A stretch of DNA of 64,000 nucleotides from Octopus sinensis (GCF_006345805.1 NC_042998.1:78430001-78494000); one strand, 5' to 3'. Counted from the first letter of the stretch, positions 12,571 to 25,828 are shown. The notes: generated from the letters alone by a model not told the origin. A program made the numbers and translations.

Positions 12571-14153
12571 GACTCAACCTGAAGTGTGTGTGTATGTATG
12601 TATGTATGTATGTATGTATGTATGTATGTATGTATGTATGTATGTATGTATGTATGTATGTATGTATGTAGGTAGGTAGGTAGGTAGTAGGTAGGTAGGT
12701 AGGTAGGTAGGTAGGTAGGTAGGTATGTAAGTATGTATGTATGTATGTATGTATGTATGTATGTATGTATGTATGTATGTATGTATGCACGCATGTATGT
12801 ATGTATATATGTATGTCAGGTCACTTTCGAGTGCTACTGGTAACATGTAACCCAGTACAACCTGTTGCATGGTCGGGTCGTCGGCGACTAAACCGGCAAC
12901 CCCACCAAGCTTGCTTGGTGAGGAGGGTGTTTATTGGTCACCCTGCAGGATGAAAAACAAAACCCGTCAAAGGGCGGAGGGACTCTTGAGAGTCAACGGC
13001 CATCAATAAATGTCTTAAGGCTGTATCATGCGCGGGGACATAGAAATAATCGGACTGAATACCCGATCGCGCGGTTAAACCATTGGGAGTGAAGGACTCC
13101 TAGCCTTTGTTAGGACATCCTTCTAGAAGAAGGTAACTAGGGTAACTGGGATAACTCCGAAATAAAACCTGCGGCTCAGTGGTTACCGATGATGTTGACT
13201 TGTTCTTCTTTTCGGATTATGGCTGCTGTTGCTTAGTGAGTGGGATTGACTTAGTGCACAGCCTTTCCTCACTTTAAAAGAAATCTTCTTGCTCAGGTAT
13301 TGCACGATAACAACATTGATTAAGCTTCATGCAATGGCCATACACGATAACGAGGGAGCAGCCACCATGTATGTATGTATGTATGTATGTATGTATGTAT
13401 ATCAGATGGAGTCAAAAGGTTTTTTTTCGTATTTCAAGCTTTAGTTGGCAGTTCACACAAATTACGTACGAAAAGCGTTATTCATCAAAATATATCCCAT
13501 TATGTCCTATTGTCTGTTGCAACCGTTGTGCCAGAAGTTCAATTCCACGCTTATAACATTTGGCTAGTTCAGAGGTAAAAAAAGCTCCATGTACCCGTTT
13601 TCGAACTCATTCTCATTGTGATATGACATAAGAATCATCAATGAGAATCCGAAAAATACTCTTGACTCAACCTGAAGTGTGTGTGTATGTATGTATGTAT
13701 GTATGTATGTATGTATGTATGTATGTATGTATGTATGTATGTATGTATGTATGCATGAATGAATGAATGAGAAGGCATTGATCGATCTGGGGCTATGTAG
13801 ATGTTTGTCCAAGATGACAGGAATTACAATTCAAGCCAAAGCTTAGTCAAGTTCATTGCAAAACAAACTTAACTACACAGCAATTTCTGCGCCTGTATAT
13901 AAGCACACACATACAAATACATATATATATATATATATATATATATCTGTGTGTGTGTGTATAACATATATAAAGAAAGAAAGATATATATATATATATA
14001 TATACATATGTATGTGTGTGTATGTATACATGTTTGCGTGTGTGTGTTTGTATATGTGTGTATATACACACACATATTTATTTGTTTGAGTATTCATATA
14101 GTTATCTGTATATGAGTGTGCGTGTGTGCATATATATATATATAATATATATT

Positions 14154-14220
14154 GGTGCTATTAAGTTAGACATGGTGGTGCTATTAAGTTAGACAGGTGG
14201 TGCTATTAAGTTAGACATGG
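14154..14220. repeat. 22-23 bp tandem repeat, three copies (GGTGCTATTAAGTTAGACATGGT)
   Basis: Units at 14154, 14177 and 14199. Confidence 0.95.
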
Positions 14221-14546
14221 CCTGAGCCAATAATGGCCGAAACCTATCAAAGTATCAAAGTAAAGTATATACATTACATTATTTTTTTATTATATTACTT
14301 GGGTTAGAATTGATTTCCAGGTGTACTTTAGCATATTACATTAATGTCTTCGGCAGACATTTAACATCAAGCGAGCAATTATTGCTACTGGCACTGTTAC
14401 AAGCAGGTGCAGAATTTGAATTAATTATATTACGTAGTCGTTAAGCAATGTAATATATAATGGAACTTACAAAGATTTTTGTTTGTTTGTTTTGTATATG
14501 AAATGTACCTAACCGCAATCAAATTTCTATTAAAATATTTTGTATG

Positions 14547-14866
14547 TGAGGGCGCGTGGCTAGTGGTTAGGGCATTCGGCTCATGATCGTATGGTTGTGA
14601 GTTCGATTCCCGGCGACGCGTTGTGTCCTTGAGCAAGACACTTTATTTCACGTTGCTCCAGTCCACTCAGCTGGCAAAAATGAGTTGTACTTGTACTTCA
14701 AAGGGTCAGCCTTGTCACTCTCTGTGTCACGCTGATTATCCCCGAGAACTACGTTAAGGGTACACGTGTCTGTGGAATGCTCAGCCATTTGCACGTTAAT
14801 TTCACGTGCAAGCTGTTCCGTTGATCGTATCAGCTGGGACCCTCGTCGTCGTAACCGGCGGAGTCT
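14547..14866 (+). mobile_element. SINE family C (tRNA-like head, CORE-like domain) with tail X
   Basis: B box GAGTTCGATTCC; GTCCTTGAGCAAGACACTT...CCACTCAGCTGGCAAAAATGAG; tail matches 5105-5280. Confidence 0.88.
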
Positions 14867-14938
14867 TTAAAATATTTTGTGGTATTTGTTGTTCGTTGGT
14901 AAGTGGAGGTTGTTATTATTATCATTATTAGCATTAAT

Positions 14939-15325
14939 AAGGCGGCGAGCGGGCAGAATCGTTAGCACGCCGGGCAAAATGCTAAACGGTATTTCACCCG
15001 TCCTAACGTTCTGAGTTCAAATTCCGCCGAGGTCGACTTTGCTTTTCGTAGTCAATAAAATAAGTACTAGTTGATTACTGGAGTCGATGTCACGACTATG
15101 CTCCTCCCCAAAATGTCAGGCCTTGTGCCTATAGTAGAGAGGATTATTATTATTATCACCATTACTATTTGCATGCCGGACAAAATGCTTGGCGGCATTT
15201 CGTCCGTCTTTACGTTCTGAGTTCAAATTCTGCCGAGAACAACTTTGCCTTCCATCCTTTCAGAGTCGATAAATTAAGTACCAGTCAAGTACAGGGGTTG
15301 ATGTGATCGACTTACACCCCGCTCA
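14939..15325 (+). mobile_element. Two adjacent SINE family A copies (14939-15145 and 15172-15325)
   Basis: Match to the family A head and central domain, short tail. Confidence 0.85.
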
Positions 15326-15458
15326 AAAAATTCCATTTATATGTATATAAATGTATATACACGTGCATGTATATACGTATACACGTATGTGCATACACTC
15401 ATATGTGTATATACACATATACACACATATTTTATTTAACCTAATGTGCGTGTATGCG

Positions 15459-15500
<42 letters not shown>

Positions 15501-15869
15501 CATCAACTCTTATGCGTTCTTTTTCTCTCATTAAGACTAATTTCACTGTATTGAAAAATATCAGCAACTCAAGTGTGGTAGCTAACACTTAGCTTTGTGC
15601 TCTTTGTACCGGCGACAACCTTGATATATTTCCCAATGTCGTTATTTTAATTTCCTATTTGCACATTCTGAGTTTAGATACGCCACCGAGGTCAACTTTG
15701 CCTTTCATTCTTTCAGGTTCAATAAAATAGGTAGCAGTTGAGTGCTGGGGTCGCGGTAATCGATTTAGACATTCGTCTCGAAATTGTTGGACATGTTTCA
15801 AAATTAAAATTGCTTTCGTTTTCTCTAATCAGTGGACGTTCTTCACGCACGCGCAGAAACATACACACA

Positions 15870-15903
<34 letters not shown>

Positions 15904-16018
15904 TCCACTCTTATAGTTCTTCTAATGTGATTAAAATATGATTCGAGATATGAACAAGGCTACCACATGTGAAACTCACTCTTTCTTCCCTTCATTCAAA
16001 TTAATTATTGAGCAATGG

Positions 16019-16430
16019 TAGACGTAGGAGTCGTTGTGTGGTAAGTAGCTTGCTTACCAGCCACACAGTTCCGGGCTCAGTCCCACTGCGTGGCACCTTG
16101 GGCAAGTGTCTCCTACTATAGCCTCTGGCCGACCAAAGCCTCGTGAGTGGATTTGGCAGACGGAAACTGAAAGAAGCCTGTCGTATATATGTACATATAT
16201 ATGTATGTGTGTGTATATGTTTGTGTGTCTGTGTTTGACCCTCCAACATTGCTTGACAACCGATGCTGGTGTGTTCACCTCCCCGTAAATTAGCGGTTCG
16301 ACAAAAGAGACCGATAGAATAAGTACTAGGCTGACAAAGAATAAGTCCTGGGGTCGATTTGCTTGATTAAAGGTGGTGCTCCAGCATGGCCAGAGTCAAA
16401 TGACTGAAACAGTTAAGAGTAAAAGAATAG
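16019..16430 (+). mobile_element. SINE family B
   Basis: Full-length match to the 43068 copy. Confidence 0.92.
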
Positions 16431-16869
16431 GATTTTTGGTAGTTCTCTCCCTTGTCCTTTGTGGGAATGAATTTTTATAAACGCTTATAATGACTTTATC
16501 ATTGATGCTTTCATTTTGATTAACTAAAAATCATATTCGACTTACCACCTTAAGTATGTTACAATAGTCTTCGCTATGTGTGTATGCAGTTGCGTGCACG
16601 TGTGTATGTGTGTGTGTATGTGTGTGTGTTTGCGTGTGTGTTTGCGTGTGTGTGGCCATTGATTAAATCAACCGGTTCCTTTTTAAAAGTAAAATATTCT
16701 GACAAAAGTGTCCGCCATTTAACATTGTTATAGACAGCTGTTGGTGCTGCTGTTGACAATGAAATGATTATAACAGACAAAGACGAATCACAATAACAAT
16801 TTCAACGATCACGCCAACAGTAACAACGACGACTACAACCATAGGAAAAGCGGCAACAACAGCAACAGT

Positions 16870-17060
16870 AGAGGCGCAATGGCCCAGTGGTTAGGGCAGC
16901 AGACTCGCGGTCGTAAGAACGCGGTTTCGATTCCCAGACCAGGCATTGTGAGTGTTTTTTGAGCAAAAACACCTAAGCTCCACGAGGCTCCGGCGGGGAG
17001 GGGTGGTGAACCCCGCTGTACTCTTTGTCCACAACTTTCTCTCATTCTTTCTTCCTACTT
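16870..17060 (+). mobile_element. SINE family D, 3'-truncated
   Basis: Head and body match 4913-5100. Confidence 0.88.
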
Positions 17061-17064
17061 CTGC

Positions 17065-17365
17065 CACAACGCAGAGGAACCATGGTGTAACCCACTATGG
17101 TGTGGTAAACTTTCAGACCCTAATCTTGATTGCGAATCCTCTTTACCCCAGGAAGCTTCAGCTCTCCAGCCGTTAAAAGCCTCCGTTTACGGAATGAGGA
17201 TAACAACGTAGCTTTCGTTCCCGTGCGACCGCCAGTCTATCGCGTGTGGTGGATGGCTCTTCAAGTTGCCACACGTATTCTTTGTAGCTTAGAGTAGGGT
17301 CGAATTAGAGATTATTCTTTGTGGCTAATGGCGTGAGTCCAGATTGGAAGAAGAAGAAGAAAAAG
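17065..17365 (+). mobile_element. Probable LINE 3' end with (GAA)n tail
   Basis: GC-normal segment ending GATTGGAAGAAGAAGAAG; family assignment uncertain. Confidence 0.3.
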
Positions 17366-17569
17366 ACAACAGCAACGATGAAGTTAACAAACAGATACAT
17401 TCATACCTTAATAGCATGAACTAACGAGAATTACTGGAAATCGGACCTGAAAACCTAAAAGTGGCAAAATTTGCAGTATTTTTATTTTTTTTACTGATTT
17501 ATGTGCTTTCTAGAGTATACTACTGAATTTTGGTTTTATATCATCACTGCCTGTAGTTAAAGAAAATGC

Positions 17570-17960
17570 GTTGCAAGTGTGGCTGTGTGGTTAGAAGCTT
17601 CTTCCCAACAACATGGTTCTGGATTTTGCCTCACTGCGTGGCATCTTGTGCAAGTGTCTTCTCCTTTAGCCTCGGGCCGACCTAGGCCTTGTAGGCAATA
17701 GATTTGATAGATGGAAACTGAAAGATTCCTGTCGTATGCACGTATGTGTATATGTGTCTTTGTGTCTATGCTTATTTTCCACCACCACTTGACAACCGAT
17801 GTCGGTATATTTATGTCTTTGTAACTTAGCGGTTCTGCAAAAGAGAGTGATAGAGTAAGTACTAGGCTTATTGCTAAACAAAAGGTACTGAGGTTGATTC
17901 ATTCACTCGACTAAAAGTTCTCAATGCCCGAGTACTGAAACAAGTAGAAGATAAAAGTAT
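17570..17960 (+). mobile_element. SINE family B, diverged
   Basis: Both halves recognisable. Confidence 0.85.
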
Positions 17961-18498
17961 GATATTCCTGCATGAAACATAACTACGGTCGTGTAGTCCC
18001 TCTAAGTCTTCGCCGTTGGAAAATCATTTCTGAATTTGGAATAGGATTTTGCATTTTGTAGAATCAGGGTTTGACATAGCTGCAGATGGTTCTTAGTCAC
18101 ATTTTGATTCTGAAGATTATTAACAGAAGCTCTATTCCTATTTGCTTTCAGAGTTTAGTTTTCATAGATGTTTCTCTCTCAATTAGCTATTCAACCAGGT
18201 ATTAGTAACAGGTGACTTGTATATTTTCCATACAAACTCCGATTGGCCAATCCGTCTGGAATTTCCCGTAGAATTCTTGATATTTATGGGTTTTTGTCCA
18301 GAATAACGACTCTGATTTTTTAATTTATCACTCATGAATATTGTCCCAGTAAATGGTTGACAATACTGCAACTGGCTTAGATTAGTCAGCCGGTTCCGAA
18401 AAAAGGTGGTCTTGTGTAACAAAGGTATATGATAAGATGCGAGAAAGGACTTCCTTACAAGCTCTCATTGAAACTTTGATATATTTGTTGATTATGCG

Positions 18499-18718
18499 CG
18501 AGGAGGTGCTGAAAAGTTTCTGGCTTTTAGTAAAAGAAAATACAGGAAGATCGGTTAATTATGGTTTTATTCAACATATTCCCCTCTCAGATTCACACAC
18601 CTATTGAAGCGGCCCTTCAGTTTTACTAGGCCCTGTAAAAGAACTCGGAAGGTTGGGTCTCCAGCCAGACCGTTCACGAAACATTTAAAACCAGGAACAT
18701 TTCAGCACACCCACCTCG
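18499..18718. mobile_element. Mariner-derived MITE
   Basis: Imperfect TIRs CGAGGAGGTGCTGAAAAGTTTCTGG and CCAGGAACATTTCAGCAC...CCTCG; TA on the right flank. Confidence 0.75.
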
Positions 18719-19769
18719 TACCTTTTCTCGGATTACATCGTTGCTTTGACTGCTAATGGTCAGAAGTGTAGAAAATTCGTTGCCAAAGTTCACATTCGCC
18801 AGATAAATAGAATTGAAGTCCAAATTAACACCAGGGTTTGCATAGTCAGAATGTATAATTCTTCTCTGCATTTTACGAGCAAAGTTTCATACAGCAGTGT
18901 GAAAGTTACACTGATCTACTTCATCTTTTTAGTACATTAATGCCTTCAAAAGAATTTAGGACTGGTTTAATAAAAGTAAAGCTTATTGGCAGTGTCGGAG
19001 TACATTGAAAATAGTTACTTTGCAACATATTCATCACAAGAGAAAGAAGTTATTTCGAACAGCGTTGTTAAGGAATCTCACTGATCTATAAAGTAAAAAA
19101 AAAACGCTTTACACGATTGCTTCTTGCCAACCACTGTGTTTCTTTGAAAGGTATCAGCTGCAAAGGATATTCCCCATCATTTATCAATTTGTAACTCAAT
19201 ACATCTCTCTCTTTCTCTCTTTCCCTATCTCTATCTATCAATCTTTCTATATATATATATATCTCCCCCTCTCTCTCTCTCTTTTTCTCTACTTATCTAT
19301 TTACTTATTTATTTATCTATCTATCTATCTTTCCCTAATGAAGATACGTGAAAGCAGCTCTAGCTTTCTCTTATCATGAAGAGAACTCGTCAAATGCTGT
19401 GAACAGGTTAAATCCAGGAAATGACATTTGTATTTGATAAGAATCAAATAAGAAATATACTTCTTGATGAAAGAGCAAAATGAGTAGTGGGGTGCACAGA
19501 GATTTGATGCCCCACGTACCAATTGCAAAACACTGCCTCAAATCAACTCCAATATTGCCAAAATTATCTTTACGGTATTGATACAAGGCTTCGGGTAGGG
19601 AAATTGAAGCGGTAGTATGGTGATTGAATCTAGCCCTACTAAATGAAATTAAATTCATGCCTTATGATACCGAACACACTCATACTAATATTTTTCACAG
19701 ACTATATCAACTGATTAATCTAACTAGAACAGTAACCAGAGCTGGTGTTATGACTTTATTGACGAGTGC

Positions 19770-19870
19770 ACTGCACTTCGTGCTGTGGAATTGCAAATTA
19801 AATAAGCTCGTATCAGAAGATGAAGGCACTGTACTTTCAAAAGATCTCTCAAATATACAATGGATTGACT
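19770..19870 (+). pseudogene. Possible CR1-like RT remnant
   Basis: CKLNKLVSEDEGTVLSKDLSNIQW resembles the post-YADD KL...S.ED...LQ.DL..L..W segment. Confidence 0.3.
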
Positions 19871-20524
19871 AGAAGAATTATATGCATCGTATATAGACTA
19901 TCGAATTTTAAATTTAGTAACTATATCTTTCTTCTTTGGAGGAATAAATTTTATGGTCACGTGTTGATGACTTATTTTCATCATTTAGGTCGTGTCTCAA
20001 TTTCACAAGCCTTAAAAAATGCCGTACGGGATAAGTCCTTATTCCATTTTCAATTAATCACTTCCCAGAGTGTCCTTTAGACAGTATACTTGAAATGTGA
20101 AGATTTTAGGTAAGCTAAACTTCTGAAATTCTGAGTCATGCTAATAATGACAGAATTATACGAATAAAGCGAGCATCAATCGTGGTCAATACGCTTTCAG
20201 AACGTGGGTTTCGAGGTTGGTTATTCACAAGTTCAGTTTTAACTCAATTTGCAGTCTGGAAAAAATAAATTATACGTAATCATTTTTTGCGTCTTCAAAA
20301 GAGATATTTATGATACATAGTTTAGGAGGTGCAGGTATGGTTCTATACTATAAATTGCTTAATTGACATTTATATCAAATAGTAACTTGATTTAGCCCAG
20401 CTTATTTTAAAAGCAACTCAAAATATCACAAGTAGTGGAATTTGATTTTCAAAAGTACTTCAGGTCGCTACGTGTAACCCAGTCATACAACTCCTGGCGT
20501 AAACTGCATTATTGATATGGAACG

Positions 20525-20725
20525 AAGGTGGCTAACTCGGAGAATCATTAGCAGGCCGAATAAAATTTTTAGCAGCATTTCGTCGGTCTTTACGTTCTGA
20601 GTTCAAATTCCACCGAGGTTGACTTTGCCTTTCATCCTTTCGAGGTCGATAAAATAACTACCAGTTGAGCACTGGGACCAGTGTAATTGACTTCCCCACC
20701 CCTCAGACTTGTTGGCCTATGAAAG
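20525..20725 (+). mobile_element. SINE family A, short tail
   Basis: GAGTTCAAATTCCACCGAGGTTGACTTTGCCTTTCATCC core. Confidence 0.85.
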
Positions 20726-21211
20726 AGACGACAATTTTTTTTTATCTACATTTGGGTCGATCTCAGTACATGATATTTACTGATGTGTCAATCTATTCAC
20801 AACCTGAAAAAAAAGAAAAGAAAGCTTTTTTTTATCATAGGGTTGGTGAACCAGGGCTCAGGTGAGAAAAGCAGCAACAATGACATATGAAAAGCAAAGT
20901 CGACAACCGAGGGATTTTACCTGAAATATCAGAAACATGCAAGTAAAATATTACAATGACATTTATTTCATTTGTCGTTCAGTCGATTAAACGCTTTACC
21001 ATAGCTTTTACCGAGATATTTATAATAATGTTTTGTGACATAGTCATGAAAATATAGATTTTAGAGGAAAAAGGTTACAGTCGATGAGATCGATCAAGTC
21101 ACCAGTACTTATATAGTGTAAAGCATTTAACTCGGTTGTTTATAGTTACTAGCGTCCAACTCTTTAAACAGTATTGATTTCTGATATCTGATATTGGTAC
21201 AAGGTTACATA

Positions 21212-21815
21212 CGGGGTGGTATCAAAAAGTTTCCGGATTAGTTCTGAAGTGCGCCAACAGATGGCAGCACACGGTTGCATGTGCAGCGAGAGCTAGCAGT
21301 GACCTTCATGAGGCGGTGTGCCGAGTGACATCGCTGTGTTTACTTCGCAAGCTTTGAAATTTGTGTTTTTGTGATCACGTGTATGCTGTTGTTTGCAATT
21401 TTTTTATGGACAAGAACAAAGGAGCCAATGTGAAATTTTGCGTTAAAATTGGGGTCGGACGCAATGTTTTGAGTGGCACGGATCCTTCAATAGCGAAAGA
21501 ATATCCCTGGAAGACGATGAGAATATCTCTGGAAGACCTGCAACGAGCGTCAATGCCGGAAATGTGGTATTGTGGATGGATCGAGAATTCGTTCCACAGA
21601 GCCAGACTGTCAATTGAGAATTCTACTGCGAGGTTTTGAACCGTTTGAGGGAAGACGTTCGGCGAAAGTGACTGGGTCTGTGAAGCGCGAATAATTGAAT
21701 TCTTCACGACGACAATGTACCCCGTCACCGAGCTCTCCTCATTCATGAGTTGCTCGCCAAAAACATGGCATTGCTTCCGCACCAGCCCTATCTATTCACC
21801 AGATTGAGCACCTGC
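21212..21815 (+). mobile_element. Internally deleted mariner transposon
   Basis: TA followed by TIR-like CGGGGTGGTATCAAAAAGTTTCCGGA; N-terminal MDKNK..ANVKFCVK; ILHDDN and frameshifted PYSPDLAP motifs; stops present; no right TIR seen. Confidence 0.88.
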
Positions 21816-21922
21816 TAAAAGAGTCAGGAACGCTGGGACCGGTGTATTGCTGCACGAGGTGACTATTTTGAAAGAGATGATGTTAAAACTTAGGTAAATA
21901 AGTTGTTTTTTTTTATTAAATA

Positions 21923-22086
21923 TTAGGCGTAGGAGTGGCTGTGTGGTGAGTAGCTTGTTTACCAACCACATGGTTCCGGGTTCAGTCCCACTGCGTGGCA
22001 CCTTGGGCGTCTTCTACTATAGCCTCAGGCCGATCAATGCTTTGTGAGTGGATTTGGTAGACGGAAACTGAAAGAAGTTCGTCGTA

Positions 22087-22090
<4 letters not shown>
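21923..22090 (+). mobile_element. SINE family B, 5' half
   Basis: Ends in (TA)n abutting an opposite-strand copy. Confidence 0.9.
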
Positions 22091-22142
<52 letters not shown>

Positions 22143-22169
22143 CTCTCTTTTTTGTATATATATATATAT

Positions 22170-22552
22170 ATTCTCTTTACTCTTTTACTTGTTTCAGTCA
22201 TTTGACTGCGGCCATGCTGGAGCACCGCCTTTAGTCGAGGAAATCGACCCCAGGTCTTATTCTTTGTAAGCCTAGTACTTAATTTATCGGTTTCTTTTGC
22301 CGAACCGCTAAGTTACGGGGACGTAAACACACCAGCATCGGTTGTCAAGCGATGTTGGGGGGACAAACACAGATACACAAACATATACACACACATACAT
22401 ATATACATATATACGACGGGCTTCTTTCAGTTTCCATCTACCAAATCCACTCACAAGGCTCTGATCGGCCCGAGGCTATAGTAGAAGACACTGAACCCGG
22501 GACCATGAGGTTGGTAAGCAAGCTACTTATCACATACCCACTCCTGCACCTA
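22170..22552 (-). mobile_element. SINE family B
   Basis: Near full-length reverse-complement copy. Confidence 0.92.
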
Positions 22553-22619
22553 TATATGTATATTTGTTCTCTTATATACATATACATATGTACATATAAC
22601 ATATATGTGTGTGTGCGTG

Positions 22620-22696
<77 letters not shown>

Positions 22697-22711
22697 TACA
22701 TACATACATAT

Positions 22712-22786
<75 letters not shown>

Positions 22787-23269
22787 CTTATATAAATATG
22801 CATATATGTACGTATATACACGCATACAGATATACATGCGCGCGTATATATATGTATACGGCTATTCATATACACTTAGACATCACCTTGCCCAAAACAT
22901 TTTGAACTCCAGTTTTATCTATAATAATGATCTGAGGGATGCATTGTGCAATGTCATTTTATGTAACTAACTGTCATGAACTCATAGTAAGATAAACGAA
23001 GAAAGAATAAAGGAAACATTTTTGACACAAAAGGAAAACTAGAGTGTAACAAATTTTCTCTAAAACGTATCTAAGCAAAGAACTGATTCACCCATAAGCA
23101 GTATCCCCCTCACTCTTTCTCTCTCTTTCACACACAATGTGTGTTTGCGTAAATTTAAACATTGCTGTGACAAGATAAGCAAATACATGTTAAGGAGCAT
23201 AAGGTTTATTCAGGCGGCGCTATGGAGTATTATAAGAAAATGTCCATTTGTCAACATGCTGTAAGAATC

Positions 23270-23515
23270 TGACTGTTACGTTAGCCAAAGCAGAGGATGA
23301 TGTGACATTGTTGCAGCATGCCCCAAGTTGGGCCAGGAAGAATATAATAAATGGAGATATAGTAAAGTACTGAAAATTTTACACTAGAAGCTTTGTCAAA
23401 AAGTGTGTTTGAAGCCAGAAGTACATGGTACAATCATCAGGGAGAACGAGTACTTGAATCAGAAACATGTAAAATTTTGTGAGACTTCGTCATTAAAACG
23501 AATAGCAAGCAGATA
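23270..23515 (+). pseudogene. R4/Dong-like (restriction-like endonuclease) LINE remnant
   Basis: IVAACPKLGQEEYNKWR and WYNHQGERVLESETCKIL*DFVIKT match the C-terminal HIVSGC...WYEH...KILWDF region. Confidence 0.7.
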
Positions 23516-23519
23516 TTAC

Positions 23520-23829
23520 AGTAATCACCGTGATCACCGAGACCGACCAGGCTATCAGATGTTGCTACACATCGCTGGTCACAATGCGCTTCGCAATGTT
23601 TTAACCTTCAAATGACGCCACCCCGCTGGCTAAGCGAGCAGGCCAACAGAAGAAAGAGTGAGAGGAAGTTGTGGCGAAAGACTACAGCAGGGACCACCAC
23701 CTGCCGGAGCCTCGTGGAGCTTTAGGCGTTTTCGTTCAATAAACACTCCCAACTCCCGGTCTGGGAATGGAAACCGCGATCTTACAACCGCGAGTCCGCT
23801 GCCCTAACTACTGGGCCATTGCACCTCCA
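23520..23829 (-). mobile_element. SINE family D with a different tail (Z)
   Basis: Head and body match 4913; the tail does not match tail X. Confidence 0.88.
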
Positions 23830-25463
23830 CATTACAGTAATAGACAACGAAAATCGAATTTGCATGCTTATTGATCCATTATATCCATTTGATACTAGAT
23901 TGGGAAAGCATATTAAAGTCGAATAACTACAACACTATGAAATTTGACGTTGTCAGGAGCTGGGACATGAAATCTGTAAAGATTGTACTTGAGATCATTT
24001 TTGCATGAGACAAATGGATGACATAATCTTGTTGAGTTTCTATTGAAGATTTGTCTCTTAAGAACAGGGAAGATCACCAGAAGATTGTTGAGCACATGAT
24101 AGAAATCTTGTGAATATCTAAGGCTACATGTATTAACCTTCCACCACATAAATTATTCGTTGAATAAGATCAATCCTGAGCCAAGGAGATGATAATCCCT
24201 TCTACTATAGGTACAAAGTCTGAATTTTTAGGGTGGAGGGTTGGTCGATTACAGCTACCGAAGTGCTCAACCGGTATTTTTTTTATCAACCCGGAAAGGA
24301 TGAAATACAAAGTTGACTACGTTGGAATTTCAAGAAGATAATAAGAAAAAGGATGTAATTAGTAGCCTTTTTAGACTGGGAAGAGTAGCATGAGAGAGAG
24401 AGAGAGAGGGGAGAGAGAGAAAGAGAGAAATTAAAGCAGGGTTGAAGGGAGCAGAAATGGTATACGTGTTCGAGGTTAGGTAATGGTTGAAGATTGGCAG
24501 ATACACACGGGAGTTCAAATCCAATTAGTCTGAGTTCAAATCCTGTAGGTATCGTCTTGCCCTTGTTTTCTTCTAGGTTTTAATGAAATACCAATATATG
24601 CACGAGAATCAACCCAATCGATTGTACCTATGTTTTTCTCCGACAAATTTATGGCCCTGTGCCAAATGTAAGGAAATCAATATTAGAGTTAATCAAACGA
24701 AAGCAATTTAAATGAGATTTAGCTGCAGTATATAAAGCGTACGGTGAATGTAGTGTGTGTCCGCGTGTGGCAACCTTTAGTACACATTTCTGGCGCTAAC
24801 TCCAGTAATTCGAAATCAAATTCATAAGTGATACATACGCAAACCTGATGTGGACACAGAAATGTAATTTTCAGGTCTGATATCTTGGAAGAGATATCAG
24901 AGATTTGTGTAGACTTGAGACAGTATTCAATAATAAAGATACGTACCTGAATTTTATAGATGGCTTGGTGATAACAACTGTTCTTTTGTCTGAGATAAGG
25001 AAATCGTCAGAATGATTCTAGACGGTCAACCTATCTCGTCTTAAGATTCGAGAAAAGCAAAAATTACTTTAAAAAAAAGCCCAAGGAATGAACAAACAAC
25101 AGCAACAGAATAAAATACACAGACACAAAAAGGTAAAATATATAAGGTATATTGTTGCGCCATAAAAGAAATAATTACAGCTTTGAGGAAATGACTGATT
25201 CTTCTTCAAAGGATGAGAAAAGATGGGCAGGCAATCTTAAATTAGATTGAGATTTCTTTTGTTGGTTTTGTCTGGAGGAAGGTGTTATACTCATGGCCTC
25301 TACAGGCCTTCGAGGTTGGTGTGATTGATTTCGATAACGGTCCACTTAAACATTTGCAAGTTGATGGCTTCAGAAAAATAAAATACCCGAGTATGGAATT
25401 TGAGAGAGCCGTTACCCAAAGAACTGGGCGTAGTAGTTAGAGTGGGGGGTCTAACTATATGGG

Positions 25464-25823
25464 TACAGGACGTCACCAACAGTGCAAATAACATACACAC
25501 GTGAGATAGATACAAGACGTGGACAGTAGTTACCGGACAAAAACGAGAGAAATACGTAAACAAACGAGGGAAAACGGTTGAAATGCGTAAACAACGAAAC
25601 AAAATGTAAAAACAGGACAGTTTAACACAGAAAAAGGATAACTGATGAAGGGTCCTTTTTCTGTGTTAACTCGTCCAGTTCTTTTTTTTTTTTTTCGTAT
25701 TTACGTATCAGACTGGTTTTTCCCTCGATTCTTTACGTATTTCACTCATTTTTGTCCTGTAACTACTGCCCACGTCTCGTACTTATCTCTCATGTATATG
25801 TTATTTGCACCGTTGGTGACGTC

Positions 25824-25828
<5 letters not shown>
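25464..25828. repeat. Diverged inverted repeat, arms 25464-25638 and 25653-25828
   Basis: The ORF track gives near-identical peptides on opposite strands (CPVTT.HV.YLS..MLFA.LVTSC); 14-nt spacer. Confidence 0.9.

Larger units (their letters stand above)
11555..13750. repeat. Tandem duplication, period about 1094 bp, punctuated by (TATG)n/(TAGG)n
   Basis: TCAGGTCACT at 11721 and 12816; CAACCTGAAG at 12575 and 13668; outside the microsatellites I see only two single-base homopolymer indels. Confidence 0.95.

Noticed and set aside
14154-14220. CRISPR-like short direct repeats
   Set aside because: The units are contiguous with no spacers, there are no cas genes, and the context is eukaryotic.
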